From NCBI GenBank assembly GCA_019694975.1, contig JAIBAY010000001.1:128732-192731 (forward strand): 64,000 nucleotides of DNA, read 5' to 3'. Made by a program: the position numbers and the translations under genes. Below, piece by piece: positions 47,306 through 57,299 of the stretch (positions are counted from its first letter, which is position 1; every line of letters starts with the position of its first letter). Below the pieces are notes generated by a model, which saw only the letters and a list, made by a program, of their open reading frames with translations, was not told the DNA's origin and ran no database searches. Origin of the DNA: Chitinophagales bacterium (GTDB lineage: Bacteria > Bacteroidota > Bacteroidia > Chitinophagales > UBA10324).

Positions 47306-49510
47306 CTATCCCTTCGCAAGATCAGTTGTTTCAAATACCAGTTCACCCCAACGGTTGTAGACATAAAAATGCTTCAGGTTGAAAACACCCCTGACCAGTA
47401 CATGCAGCACATCATTCTTCCCATCGCTGTTCGGCGAAAAACCGGAAGCAACCTCAACCAATGCATCATACTTAACCTTTACAGTGACTGAATCAATGAT
47501 AATACAGCCATCTGCCGTAGTAATCGTAACCGTATAAGTAGTAGTTTCTGTTGGCGTCGCAATAGGGTCTGCCGTATTGGTTGAACTTAAGCCAGTAGCT
47601 GGCGACCACTGATAACCTGCACCACCGGTGACGATAATGGGATAGCTGTTTCCAAGGTAAATTGTTGTATCCGGGCTTATGGTAATATCCGGTATATCAT
47701 AAGCCGTATAGGTGACCTTACCAGTATCAACACAGCCGAAGCCATCGGTCACGAGTACAAAATATTCTGTGGTAAAATCCACCACTGCCGTTGTTGCAGC
47801 ACTGTTTGGGTCGGTAACACCACCGGCAGGAAACCAGGCATAACTTACTCCACCGGAGGCAAAAAGATCAACCACTGTTCCTGGGCAAACCGTGAATCCC
47901 GGAGAAACTGTTACATCGGGTAACGGATGTACGATTACCACTACAGTATCAGTGGTGGTGAAACAGCCATTCACCCCTGTCACATAATAAGTGGTAGTGA
48001 CGGTAGGTGTGGCAGTTGGATTTGGAACGGTCGTGCTGCTAAGACCAGCAGACGGCGTCCAGGTATATGAGGTAGCATTCGTTGCATTAAGCTGTACTGA
48101 TTGACCCAGGCACAATTCCTGATCAACACCGGCATACACGGGCGTAGGATTATCAACATGAATAGTAACCGTATCGGAGGCGATGCATGTTCCTATGGTA
48201 ATAAAAATGATATAAGTAGTTGTAACGGGCGGCGTGGCAACAGGATGCTGACAGTTGGTACAGGACAGGCCAATGGCTGGTCCCCAATTATAGGTATCGG
48301 CATCATTCACAGACAAAGTAACGCTCTGACCGGCACAAATCGTAGTGTCATTGCTGGCAACAGCGTTGATATTATCCACGATATAAACGGTAGCTGAATC
48401 ATAAGGTATGGGCGAACAACTCAGGTAAAGATAGATCGTAACGGATTCAGCACCTTCGGCAATGGCATCTGTTAACGGATGAACTTCCATTGATAAGTTC
48501 GTGGCGCCTGGTAAAACCAATAAACTGTCAGCTAAAGGAGAATAGTCAGTGGCTTCCGTTGCCGTACCCCCTATTGCAAAATAAATATAAGAAGTATCTG
48601 GAAGCGGGTTCGAGAGCGTAAAGTCAAAAGAACCGTCGAGACAACCTTCTACCACAGCAGGCAGATTCGTTACCGGATCAATATAAGCCGATTGGGGTTC
48701 CACCGAAATTCCTGCTGCAACAAGACTACCGGCTTCAATAAATACACCTGAATCAAGTATGCCATCGGATGCATCGGCGATGGCAAGTTTCAGGTGATAT
48801 GTTTCACAGGGTTGCACCACAGCAATAGCAGTCAGAATCACAGTTAGTCCGTCATACTCAATGGTTGTCTCGCTGGCAAGCTCAGGGCAATTGTAGGAAG
48901 TAGGACATTGAAAATTATCAGGGTCATTACAGATGTAGTAAGGAGATCCGTTGAGGCAGTTGACTGTTGAGATCGAAACCGGATTTGAAGTACCCGGAAG
49001 CAAGGCAATGTTCTGCGTGCCGGAAATACCGGGACCACTTATGAAAAATGCAAAAATATCATTGATCGATCCAACATATTCTGTGTATTCATCGGATGCG
49101 AATACATATTTAAACCTTAAGGTGTCACCCGTGGCTTTCACATCAAATTCCAGGATACAGGCATCATGCGTTGACTGACCGGCAAGTGCTTCCAGATCAG
49201 CATCACCGGGATCCTGGAAATCGGTAGTGATGCCGGATGAGACATTCGGACCAACGGCATTGGTAATTTCGCCGCAGGCAAGTATAATTCCGGCATCCAT
49301 GCCAAGGTTAGAATTGGTACCATCAAAAGAACCCCAGGCACCGTCAGGACAGCTGAGCGTTACATTACTGATTGAAACGCCACTTCCAACAAGGCTTGCT
49401 GCCAATTCTTCAGGAGTGGATACCGTTCCAACAATCAACTGTGCATTAGCATTTGAGTGCAAGAAAAATGCAACAGTTATGGTAAGAAATAGTCGGGTAA
49501 GAATTTTCAT
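47306..49510 (-). CDS. adhesin-like paralog (choice-of-anchor-L + Calx-beta + 5 Ig-like repeats) with a type B CTD truncated by a premature TAG; possibly a pseudogene
   Basis: Same architecture as 44681..47074 (LRFKYVFASDEYTEYVG, AIGGTATEATDY, repeats, SGFSPNSDGKNDVL). Start moved to MKILTRLFLTITVAFFLHSNANAQ (signal peptide). The ORF ends ...ETTDLAKG-TAG where the paralog continues with W. Confidence 0.75.
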   Translation of the reverse strand: MKILTRLFLTITVAFFLHSNANAQLIVGTVSTPEELAASLVGSGVSISNVTLSCPDGAWGSFDGTNSNLGMDAGIILACGEITNAVGPNVSSGITTDFQDPGDADLEALAGQSTHDACILEFDVKATGDTLRFKYVFASDEYTEYVGSINDIFAFFISGPGISGTQNIALLPGTSNPVSISTVNCLNGSPYYICNDPDNFQCPTSYNCPELASETTIEYDGLTVILTAIAVVQPCETYHLKLAIADASDGILDSGVFIEAGSLVAAGISVEPQSAYIDPVTNLPAVVEGCLDGSFDFTLSNPLPDTSYIYFAIGGTATEATDYSPLADSLLVLPGATNLSMEVHPLTDAIAEGAESVTIYLYLSCSPIPYDSATVYIVDNINAVASNDTTICAGQSVTLSVNDADTYNWGPAIGLSCTNCQHPVATPPVTTTYIIFITIGTCIASDTVTIHVDNPTPVYAGVDQELCLGQSVQLNATNATSYTWTPSAGLSSTTVPNPTATPTVTTTYYVTGVNGCFTTTDTVVVIVHPLPDVTVSPGFTVCPGTVVDLFASGGVSYAWFPAGGVTDPNSAATTAVVDFTTEYFVLVTDGFGCVDTGKVTYTAYDIPDITISPDTTIYLGNSYPIIVTGGAGYQWSPATGLSSTNTADPIATPTETTTYTVTITTADGCIIIDSVTVKVKYDALVEVASGFSPNSDGKNDVLHVLVRGVFNLKHFYVYNRWGELVFETTDLAKG

Positions 49511-49643
49511 TTTTTCAGTATAATGATCAATGGATTCCCGAAGGTATAGGTTACCCTTTATATTAACAAACATGGCTTCACCGTAATTAACAATTTACGA
49601 GGATAATGACCACACATAGTTTATAATATATTAATATCTGATA

Positions 49644-51122
49644 TTACAGATGCAGCTTTTCAAGCGCCCATTTATAGGAGACTGCGATTTCAGGGGAAAT
49701 CCGGAATACAATTACAGCAACGCACAGAACAATCGTAAGGCAGGCAGTCTGGTAAAAACTGTTAAACCAGATATTGGCAGTTTCGGGCAACAGGTAAAAT
49801 AATCCGAATCCTGCTATCAGCAAAAGGCAGGCCTTCAAAGTATTCAGGTTAAAAGGTTGCAGCCGGTATTGATAAAAAAGAAAGGCCATTCTGATGGTAT
49901 TATACAATACCAGCGAAAGTGCCGTTGCTGCAGCAGAACCGGCAATACCCCAAATGGGAATCAGGAATAGATTAGCAAGGGTTGAGACGACAATCAGGAT
50001 CAGAAATGTGGCTGTTGTCACCTTGGAATGTTTCGACAATACAAGTATTTCGCCGTTCACGCCTGTGGCAAGGTCAAAGAGTTTTCCTAATCCTACTATG
50101 GCAATTACGAATTTAGCTTCATGGTATGCGGGCGGTAGAAAATTGAGCAATAAATCAATATTGATCCACACAACCAGGAAGATGAATCCGCCGATGATGA
50201 GCTGATTGAGTGAAGTCTGTGTATATAACTCCTGCAATTTATGAAGGTCTTTTCGTTTCCAGCCATCGGTGATGATTGGAATGGAAACCTGGTTCATCGC
50301 CCTTCCGGGAATCTGAATCATCGTGCCGATAAAAAATGCAATGGAATAAACAGCATTACTGTCCAAACCTACCATGGAAGCCAGCATGATCTGATCGATG
50401 TTGGCTGTGTAATAAGATGAAATTGCCGCCACAAACATGAACATTGAGTAGCGGATTAATTCATTTTTAGAAACGAGTCCTTTAAAGTCAATCCTGGAAA
50501 AAATAAAGAGTTGCCGGAGATAAGCTGCATATACAAGAATGGCGATCAGATGGATGAAGTAGCTTCCGATAAATAGCAGAAAGAACCCGTCAAAATCCAC
50601 CAGCCTGTAAATCAGCAACGTTAATGCAGCGGTCTGCAGCAATCGCAGCACTACTTCCTTTATCAGGATCGCCACCACATTTTTGTAGAGTGACCGCATA
50701 TACATAAAAAACAACTCATACACCATCAGGAAAAAAGAGAGCGGAAAGACATAGAAATAATATTCAACAAAGAGCGCAGACTTACTGATGAAATATCCGG
50801 CTACGGTGTTTTTGAAGAGGATCAGCAACACGGTGAAAATGGTAAATCCTGTCATGGAAATGAGCAGAAGGAAACTCAGGAAACCATGATGTTTTGATTT
50901 TTTATCCTGCAGGTAAGGAAAAAAGCGAAGGATTGTGACGGAAGAACCAAGCAAAGCGAACTGCGAAAAAATGACACCTACTGCAATCATCAACCTGGTC
51001 AATCCAAACTGTTCCGGGGAGAGAAATTTGGGAAACAGCAGTATGAGGTTCACATAACCGATCAAAACTCCGGCATAAGAAATTACCGAAGCCTGTACAC
51101 TTTGACGTTTTACAATACCCAT
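49644..51122 (-). CDS. oligosaccharide/polysaccharide flippase (Wzx-like, MOP superfamily)
   Basis: 492 aa, about 12-14 TM segments, with composition and length typical of polysaccharide biosynthesis (Wzx) proteins. Confidence 0.75.
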   Translation of the reverse strand: MGIVKRQSVQASVISYAGVLIGYVNLILLFPKFLSPEQFGLTRLMIAVGVIFSQFALLGSSVTILRFFPYLQDKKSKHHGFLSFLLLISMTGFTIFTVLLILFKNTVAGYFISKSALFVEYYFYVFPLSFFLMVYELFFMYMRSLYKNVVAILIKEVVLRLLQTAALTLLIYRLVDFDGFFLLFIGSYFIHLIAILVYAAYLRQLFIFSRIDFKGLVSKNELIRYSMFMFVAAISSYYTANIDQIMLASMVGLDSNAVYSIAFFIGTMIQIPGRAMNQVSIPIITDGWKRKDLHKLQELYTQTSLNQLIIGGFIFLVVWINIDLLLNFLPPAYHEAKFVIAIVGLGKLFDLATGVNGEILVLSKHSKVTTATFLILIVVSTLANLFLIPIWGIAGSAAATALSLVLYNTIRMAFLFYQYRLQPFNLNTLKACLLLIAGFGLFYLLPETANIWFNSFYQTACLTIVLCVAVIVFRISPEIAVSYKWALEKLHL

Positions 51123-51248
51123 TAAATCATTGAATGGCTAAAGATACGCGCTTAACGTAATTATTGACACCGTAGTACGGATCAGGATGCTAGGCTGTCA
51201 CTCGCGATGAGTGCAGGCTTCAAAAACTAACACACTGATAGTTGCGTG

Positions 51249-52514
51249 TCAATATTCATATTTCTCTTTCCAGCGTTGCTTCAGAAATTCACGCATTTCC
51301 AGCTCCCTTGCATTTTTTCCGGGTTCATATACTCTGGATCCGCTGATCTTTTCCGGCAGAAACTCCAGCAGAACAAAATTATTCTCAAATGAATGAGCGT
51401 ATTGATAGTCCTTCCCATAATTTAATTCCTTCATCAGTCTGGTAGGGGCATTGCGCAGATGTAAAGGAACCGGCAGATCGCCATGCTCTTTTACCAGGCG
51501 CAGAGCATCTTCGATAGCCACGTAAGCGGCATTGCTTTTTGGCGAGGTGGCGAGGTAAATAACTGTTTGAGACAGCAGGATACGGCACTCTGGATATCCA
51601 ATAACATCAACTGCCTGGAAACAATTATTCGCCATCACAAAAGCGGTCGGATTGGCATTCCCGATATCTTCTGATGCCAGTATCAGCATTCTCCTGGCAA
51701 TAAACCTGGGATCTTCCCCTCCTGCTATCATCCGGGCTAACCAGTACAGTGCTGCATTGGGATCGCTGCCGCGAATAGATTTAATGAAGGCAGAAATGAT
51801 GTCGTAATGCTGCTCGCCCGATTTATCATACAATGCAATTTTTTGCTGTGCTATGGAAGTAACCAGTGAATTGGTGATGATGATCTCCTCTTCTCCTATG
51901 GCATCTATCACCAGTTCAAAAAGATTCAGCAGTTTCCGTGCATCACCGCCGCTCAACAGCAGTAATGCTTCCTGCTCACGGATCGTGATTTTTTTACTTT
52001 GCAAAACGCTGTCATGCAACATTGCATTATGCAGCAATTGCAGCAGGTGCGTTTTGTTAAGTTCCTGTAAAACATAAACCTGGCAACGTGACAGCAATGG
52101 AGCAATCACTTCAAAAGAAGGATTTTCCGTTGTTGCGCCGATCAGCGTGATGATTCCTTTTTCAACGGCTCCCAATAACGAATCCTGCTGCGATTTATTA
52201 AACCGGTGAATTTCATCAATAAACAGAATGGCCTTACCGGATTTCCTGGCTGTATCAATCACCTCCCGTACCTCTTTTACTCCTGAACTGATTGCACTCA
52301 GCGTAAAAAATGGCAAGCCGGAACGGACAGCAATAATGTTTGCCAGCGTAGTTTTACCTACACCGGGCGGACCCCAGAAAATCATGGACGGAAGCTGGCC
52401 GCCATAAAGTATTTTTTTCAACACGCCGTTATCGCCCGTTAAGTGCTCCTGGCCTATGAACTCCTCCATGGACTGAGGCCTCATGCGTTCCGCTAATGGT
52501 ATTTTATGTTTCAT
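51249..52514 (-). CDS. rarA: replication-associated recombination protein A (AAA+ ATPase)
   Basis: 421 aa containing Walker A GPPGVGKTTLA, LFIDEIHRFNK and the MgsA C-terminal domain (YWLARM..GEDP). Confidence 0.9.
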   Translation of the reverse strand: MKHKIPLAERMRPQSMEEFIGQEHLTGDNGVLKKILYGGQLPSMIFWGPPGVGKTTLANIIAVRSGLPFFTLSAISSGVKEVREVIDTARKSGKAILFIDEIHRFNKSQQDSLLGAVEKGIITLIGATTENPSFEVIAPLLSRCQVYVLQELNKTHLLQLLHNAMLHDSVLQSKKITIREQEALLLLSGGDARKLLNLFELVIDAIGEEEIIITNSLVTSIAQQKIALYDKSGEQHYDIISAFIKSIRGSDPNAALYWLARMIAGGEDPRFIARRMLILASEDIGNANPTAFVMANNCFQAVDVIGYPECRILLSQTVIYLATSPKSNAAYVAIEDALRLVKEHGDLPVPLHLRNAPTRLMKELNYGKDYQYAHSFENNFVLLEFLPEKISGSRVYEPGKNARELEMREFLKQRWKEKYEY

Positions 52515-52601
52515 AGGTCAAATGAATTTATAACCGGAAGAAAATAATACCCGCCATTTCACTGCTTTCAATTTTGGCCGGTGCATTCAAAAAGTGAATT
52601 C

Positions 52602-52609
52602 TATTTTTG
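52602..52609 (+). promoter_or_regulatory. -7 box TATTTTTG upstream of pyrD
   Basis: Exact TAnnTTTG match. It lies downstream of the ORF-track GTG (52594) and 17 nt before the GTG at 52627, which supports the later start. Confidence 0.45.
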
Positions 52610-52626
52610 CCGCGAAGTTAAGCCGC

Positions 52627-53676
52627 GTGTACAAACAAATTCTTAAACCGATTTTATTTCTCCTGCCGCCGGAAAAAGCACACCATTTTGTTATATGGTG
52701 GCTGGAGTTCCTGCTTAAAATTCCGGGGAGCGAATGGCTGATGCGAACAATATGGCATACGAAACATCCAAGCCTTGAAAAAAATGTTTCCGGCATGCAT
52801 TTCCCGAATCCTGTTGGCCTGGCGGCCGGCTTTGATAAAGACGCCAAACATATCCGTGCCATGCGCGCCCTTGGATTTGGTTCCATAGAGGTGGGAACAG
52901 TTACACCACTGCCGCAGCCAGGCAACGAACGGCCGAGATCATTCCGACTGCCGGCAGATAAAGCGCTGGTGAACAGGATGGGATTTAACAATGAGGGTGT
53001 TGATGTGATGGCAGCACGGCTAAAAGTGATTGACAGGAAGCATATCATTATTGGTGGTAACATCGGAAAAAACAAATCCACTCCAAACGAAAAAGCGATA
53101 CAGGACTACGCTACCTGTTTCGAAAAGCTGTTTGACTATGTTGATTACTTCGTAATTAATGTAAGTTCTCCCAATACACCCGGGCTACGGTCGCTGCAGG
53201 AAAAAGAGCCGTTACTCGCATTGCTGACTCATCTGCAATCTTTGAATCACCAACATGAAAAACCAAAGCCGGTATTCCTGAAAATCGCACCTGACCTTTC
53301 CAATACGCAACTGGATGAGATTGTAGAAATTGTTACAAAGACTCAGCTGGCCGGCATAGTGGCAACCAACACGACTACTTCACGGGAAAGGTTAAAGAGT
53401 TCGCCCGCCATTGTTGAAAAATGCGGCAGTGGCGGATTAAGCGGCCGGCCACTTGCCAGCCGATCAACGGAAGTAATTCGTTACCTCAAGGCAAAATCGC
53501 AGCAGCAGTTTTGTATCATAGGTGTTGGTGGTATTGATTCAGCTGAGGAGGCAATAGCCAAACTTGATGCGGGCGCAGATATCATTCAAATCTATACAGG
53601 TCTTATTTATGAAGGTCCATCACTGATCAGGCAGATCAACCGGCAACTGATTAAGAATTTTAGTAGTAAAGTTTAA
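52627..53676 (+). CDS. pyrD: dihydroorotate dehydrogenase (quinone), class 2
   Basis: Contains VYKQILKPILFLLPPEKAHH (typical N-terminus), GLAAGFDKDA, NVSSPNTPGLR and GVGGI. Confidence 0.9.
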   Translation: MYKQILKPILFLLPPEKAHHFVIWWLEFLLKIPGSEWLMRTIWHTKHPSLEKNVSGMHFPNPVGLAAGFDKDAKHIRAMRALGFGSIEVGTVTPLPQPGNERPRSFRLPADKALVNRMGFNNEGVDVMAARLKVIDRKHIIIGGNIGKNKSTPNEKAIQDYATCFEKLFDYVDYFVINVSSPNTPGLRSLQEKEPLLALLTHLQSLNHQHEKPKPVFLKIAPDLSNTQLDEIVEIVTKTQLAGIVATNTTTSRERLKSSPAIVEKCGSGGLSGRPLASRSTEVIRYLKAKSQQQFCIIGVGGIDSAEEAIAKLDAGADIIQIYTGLIYEGPSLIRQINRQLIKNFSSKV

Positions 53677-53883
53677 CCCTTCTCCTTTTAACTGATTATT
53701 CCTTGTGGCAGCGACTCAGTAACGCTGAAATACCGCTCATCCTTATGGAAAAGAAAACGCATCCCAAAGTTCAGGGAATTGATATGAAATAATTAAGCGA
53801 TTGTTGTGTACTTATAAAAGACCCGTTTATACTAAGTCGGTACAGCATAAACATGTATCATAACCAGATACTACTTTACGCAT

Positions 53884-54573
53884 TCACAATCTCTTTTCAC
53901 TTTTAAGGGAAAAGACATACTGTATGATATTAGCGCCCATTTGTAAAGCTTTCTCTCTCACAGGCTGCGGATCATTATGTACATCATCCCAGCCATCGCC
54001 CAGGTCACATTCAAAATCATAAAAGCAAACCAGCCTGCCGTCGAAGATCAACCCATATCCGCGTGGGACTTTATTATCATGCTCATGAATTTTTGGCAAG
54101 CCATTCGGAAAATCAAATTTCTGGTGATAAATAGGGTGCGAAAAAGGCAATTCGACAAATTCGAGTTCAGGGAATACTTTTTTCATGGCTAATCTGACAT
54201 AAGGATCAATTCCATAGTCATCATTTATTAAAAGAAACCCTCCGCCGGCCAGGTAGGATCTTAAATTGCCTGCTTCTTCATTATCCAGTGTAAAGTTCCC
54301 GTGTCCGGTCATGTAGACAAATGGATAGTTGAAAATATCAGGGCTGCCCGGTTCTACGATTGCATGTTCAAGGTCGAAATTAGTTGCCAGGTTATCATTA
54401 CAGAATTTAGCCAGGTTCTTCAGCGAGTTCACATCATTGTACCAATCACCACCGCCTTTATACTTCATCAGTGCCAGCTTAAGCGTTGGTGCAGAACTGA
54501 AACCGGTTAACCACAGTGTAACAGTCAGCAGCGCGACCAAAACATTTGCAGTGGAAACTTTCGGAAAATTCAT
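53884..54573 (-). CDS. DUF4159-domain protein
   Basis: 229 aa containing LMKYKGGGDWYNDVNSLKNL...FVYMTGHGNF...GGFLLINDDYG, typical of DUF4159. Confidence 0.7.
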   Translation of the reverse strand: MNFPKVSTANVLVALLTVTLWLTGFSSAPTLKLALMKYKGGGDWYNDVNSLKNLAKFCNDNLATNFDLEHAIVEPGSPDIFNYPFVYMTGHGNFTLDNEEAGNLRSYLAGGGFLLINDDYGIDPYVRLAMKKVFPELEFVELPFSHPIYHQKFDFPNGLPKIHEHDNKVPRGYGLIFDGRLVCFYDFECDLGDGWDDVHNDPQPVREKALQMGANIIQYVFSLKSEKRL

Positions 54574-54624
54574 CAGCAGTTATTAATAGTTCTGAAAGTG
54601 ATCATTCGTAAAACAAAAAGCAAG

Positions 54625-55347
54625 CTAATCATTTAACAGGTGAACGGTGTGCAAAGCAATGAGCCCTGCCGTTTCAGTCCTGAGCCTTGCCTCGCCGAGG
54701 CTCGATGCAATGCAGCCGTTGCTTTCAGCCAGGGCAATCTCCTCCATTGTAAAATCACCTTCCGGCCCAACAAGGATTAATACTTCTTGCTTATGCATAC
54801 AAATCTGTTTGAGGAGAGGCAAATCATGCCGCTGACAATGACAGATAGTTTTCAGTGCCGCGGCGTTTTGTGTTGCATCCTTGCCTTCCATATTAATAAA
54901 ATGGTCAAAGAGAACAGGTTCATGCAACTGCGGAAGCCAGCACCGCAGCGACTGTTTCATCGCGGAAATCAACAACTTCTGAAGACGTTCCATCTTGATG
55001 TGGGTGCGTTCAGCGCGATGTGTGATGATTGGTGTTATTTCATCTATCCCGATCTCGGTTGCCTTTTCCAGCAACCATTCAAAACGGTCAATGTTCTTGG
55101 TTGGTGCTATGGCAAGATGAAGTCCTACATTTCCCTTCGTCACATTTTGCAGGATCTGAACCTTCTGTAACACGCAGGCCTGCCTGTCATCATTGAGAAT
55201 TGTTGCGGAAAATTTGCTGCCTCTTCCATCTGTAACCGTCAGCAAATCGCCGATGCGATGCCTCATAACTTTTATACAATGATGGGACTCTTCATTGTCA
55301 AGATGAACCAGGTTATTTTCTGTCGCAGCAGCATAGTATAATTCCAT
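54625..55347 (-). CDS. rsmE: 16S rRNA (uracil1498-N3)-methyltransferase RsmE
   Basis: 240 aa with a PUA-like N-terminus (HHCIKVMRHRIGD) and a SPOUT C-terminus (LVGPEGDFTMEEI...LGEARLRTETAG). Confidence 0.85.
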   Translation of the reverse strand: MELYYAAATENNLVHLDNEESHHCIKVMRHRIGDLLTVTDGRGSKFSATILNDDRQACVLQKVQILQNVTKGNVGLHLAIAPTKNIDRFEWLLEKATEIGIDEITPIITHRAERTHIKMERLQKLLISAMKQSLRCWLPQLHEPVLFDHFINMEGKDATQNAAALKTICHCQRHDLPLLKQICMHKQEVLILVGPEGDFTMEEIALAESNGCIASSLGEARLRTETAGLIALHTVHLLND

Positions 55348-55367
55348 ACCAGAACAGTTATTGCATT

Positions 55368-55387
55368 AAAAAGGGGCTTTCGCCCCT
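55368..55387 (-). terminator. rho-independent terminator after pckA
   Basis: The minus strand reads AGGGGC-GAAA-GCCCCT followed by TTTTT, about 27 nt after the stop at 55414. Confidence 0.8.
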
Positions 55388-55413
55388 GTGATCAATAAGT
55401 TATATTAGTGTTT

Positions 55414-57027
55414 TCAAGCGCTGACTGAAGCCTTTGGAGCCGCAGCGAGTGTTTCAGGATGGGCTGTGGCAGCGAACTTTTCAAAGTTTTTCAGGAACTG
55501 TACAGCCAGGGCATTGGCCTGATCGTCATAAGCCTGTTTGTCATCCCACGTATTTCTCGGGTTAAGAATCTCATCGGGAACCTGATCACAACTGAGCGGA
55601 TAAGCGACACCAAAAACAGGATGAACATCAAACTTAGCTTTCTCGAGGTTTCCTTTCAAAGCCTCTGTAATCATAGCCCTGGTATAAGAGAGCTTCATTC
55701 GTTTTCCAATACCATAGGCGCCACCGGTCCAGCCGGTATTAACGAGCCATACATTCGCACCATACTTCTTCATCTTATCAGCCAGCATACCAGCATAAGT
55801 ATTTGGGTTTAATGGAAGGAAAGGCGCTCCGAAACACGTAGAAAAAGCAATCTTGGGTTCTGTAATTCCTGCTTCGGTTCCGGCTACCTTGGCCGTATAA
55901 CCCGACAAGAACCAATACATGGCTTGTCCCGGGCTCAATTTTGAAATAGGTGGAAGAATTCCGTATGCATCGCACGTCAGGAAAAAAATGTTCTTAGGGA
56001 TACCACCAATAGATGGTTTAACGGCATTACTGATGAAGTCGATCGGGTATGAAACGCGGGTATTTTCAGTGACGGATATGTCGTCATAATTGACTGTATT
56101 AGTCCCGGGAAAGAAACGGACATTCTCCAGTAAAGCGCCACGTTTAATTGCTTTAAATATTTCCGGCTCTTTCTCTTCTGTGAGATTTACACATTTAGCG
56201 TAGCAGCCACCTTCGAAATTAAAGATCCCTTCATCACTCCAGCCATGCTCATCATCACCAATCAGTCCCCTGTTGGGATCGGCGCTTAAAGTCGTTTTGC
56301 CGGTGCCTGACAAGCCAAAGAACACTGCAGTATCCCCTTTCTCACCAATATTGGCAGAACAATGCATAGCCAGTACGCCACGTTCCTGCGGCAGTACATA
56401 ATTCAGAACCGTAAAAATGCCCTTCTTAATTTCACCCGTATAGGCAGTTCCCCCGATGATAATCATCTTCTTCGCAAAATTCAGAATGGCAAAATTCTCC
56501 TGCCGGGTACCATCTGTAGCCGGATCTGCCTTGAAGGAAGGTGCGTGAATAATCACCCAGTCGGGTACTATGGATTTGATTTCCTCTTGTGTTGGTCGCA
56601 GAAACATGTTCCCGGCAAACAGGGCAGCCCAGGGCAATTCGGTAATCAGCCTCACATTCAAACGGTATTTGGGATCTGCGCAGGCACCGGCATCTTTAAT
56701 ATATACGTTCTTACCCGCCAAATATGCGGTCATCTTTTTATATAGCGCATCAAATTTAGCTTCATCAATCGGGATGTTTACATCGCCCCAATAAATAGTA
56801 TCCCTGGTTATTGCATCCTTCACAAAAAATTTATCCTTTGGCGCCCTTCCGGTAAAAAGACCGGTATCCACAGTTAGTGCCCCGGAATCTGTTATGACAC
56901 CTAATCCGAGTGATACAGTCTGATCAATCAACTCATCCTGTGTCAGGTTCCAATGTGCTTCAGCAACATCCTTTAACCCGTAAAGCGATAAATCGGCCGA
57001 TGGATTCTTCATTCCTTTTTCAATCAT
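55414..57027 (-). CDS. pckA: phosphoenolpyruvate carboxykinase (ATP)
   Basis: Contains TGRAPKDKFFV, GLSGTGKTTLS and IGDDEHGW. Start moved to MIEKGMKNP (57027) because a -7 box lies about 35 nt upstream, inside the ORF-track extension. Confidence 0.9.
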   Translation of the reverse strand: MIEKGMKNPSADLSLYGLKDVAEAHWNLTQDELIDQTVSLGLGVITDSGALTVDTGLFTGRAPKDKFFVKDAITRDTIYWGDVNIPIDEAKFDALYKKMTAYLAGKNVYIKDAGACADPKYRLNVRLITELPWAALFAGNMFLRPTQEEIKSIVPDWVIIHAPSFKADPATDGTRQENFAILNFAKKMIIIGGTAYTGEIKKGIFTVLNYVLPQERGVLAMHCSANIGEKGDTAVFFGLSGTGKTTLSADPNRGLIGDDEHGWSDEGIFNFEGGCYAKCVNLTEEKEPEIFKAIKRGALLENVRFFPGTNTVNYDDISVTENTRVSYPIDFISNAVKPSIGGIPKNIFFLTCDAYGILPPISKLSPGQAMYWFLSGYTAKVAGTEAGITEPKIAFSTCFGAPFLPLNPNTYAGMLADKMKKYGANVWLVNTGWTGGAYGIGKRMKLSYTRAMITEALKGNLEKAKFDVHPVFGVAYPLSCDQVPDEILNPRNTWDDKQAYDDQANALAVQFLKNFEKFAATAHPETLAAAPKASVSA

Positions 57028-57059
57028 GAGCTTGTTTTTTGGTGAAAAGCGAAGGGCGG

Positions 57060-57067
57060 CAAATATA
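57060..57067 (-). promoter_or_regulatory. -7 box TATATTTG upstream of pckA
   Basis: Exact TAnnTTTG match on the minus strand. Confidence 0.45.
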
Positions 57068-57267
57068 GTATTTTTTGTCTGCCCAATGAATGCTTCCACC
57101 CATGAGAAAAGCAAATCATACAACCATTTGCTTCCTGTAATAAACCGCCAGGGAAATGAAATGCGTGAGCAGTCATCGCCGAAGGACGCAGCTTGGCAGC
57201 TCTTGCTGATTTTTAATGCAGGGGCAAAGAATATTTCATCCTGTCATCCATAATTCCGTAAAAAACA

Positions 57268-57275
57268 TATCTTTG
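57268..57275 (+). promoter_or_regulatory. -7 box TATCTTTG upstream of rplS
   Basis: Exact TAnnTTTG match 25 nt upstream of the ATG at 57300. Confidence 0.5.
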
Positions 57276-57299
57276 CCCTCTCTTAAAAATGACCAGTTC

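Noticed and set aside
57028-57123. N-terminal extensions in the ORF track, here for pckA. The same applies to rplS (57216), pdxJ (58598), fur (22508), pyrD (52594), tig (18674), fdx (3595), the cupin (15223) and adhesin B (49573).
   Set aside because: Conserved family N-termini, signal peptides, -7 boxes or terminators fall inside the extensions, so internal starts are more plausible.
57222-57278. 9-bp inverted repeat GGGCAAAGA...TCTTTGCCC upstream of rplS, as a possible L19 leader structure.
   Set aside because: The 3' arm overlaps the exact -7 box TATCTTTG. Most of the putative stem would therefore lie upstream of the transcription start and not be in the RNA.
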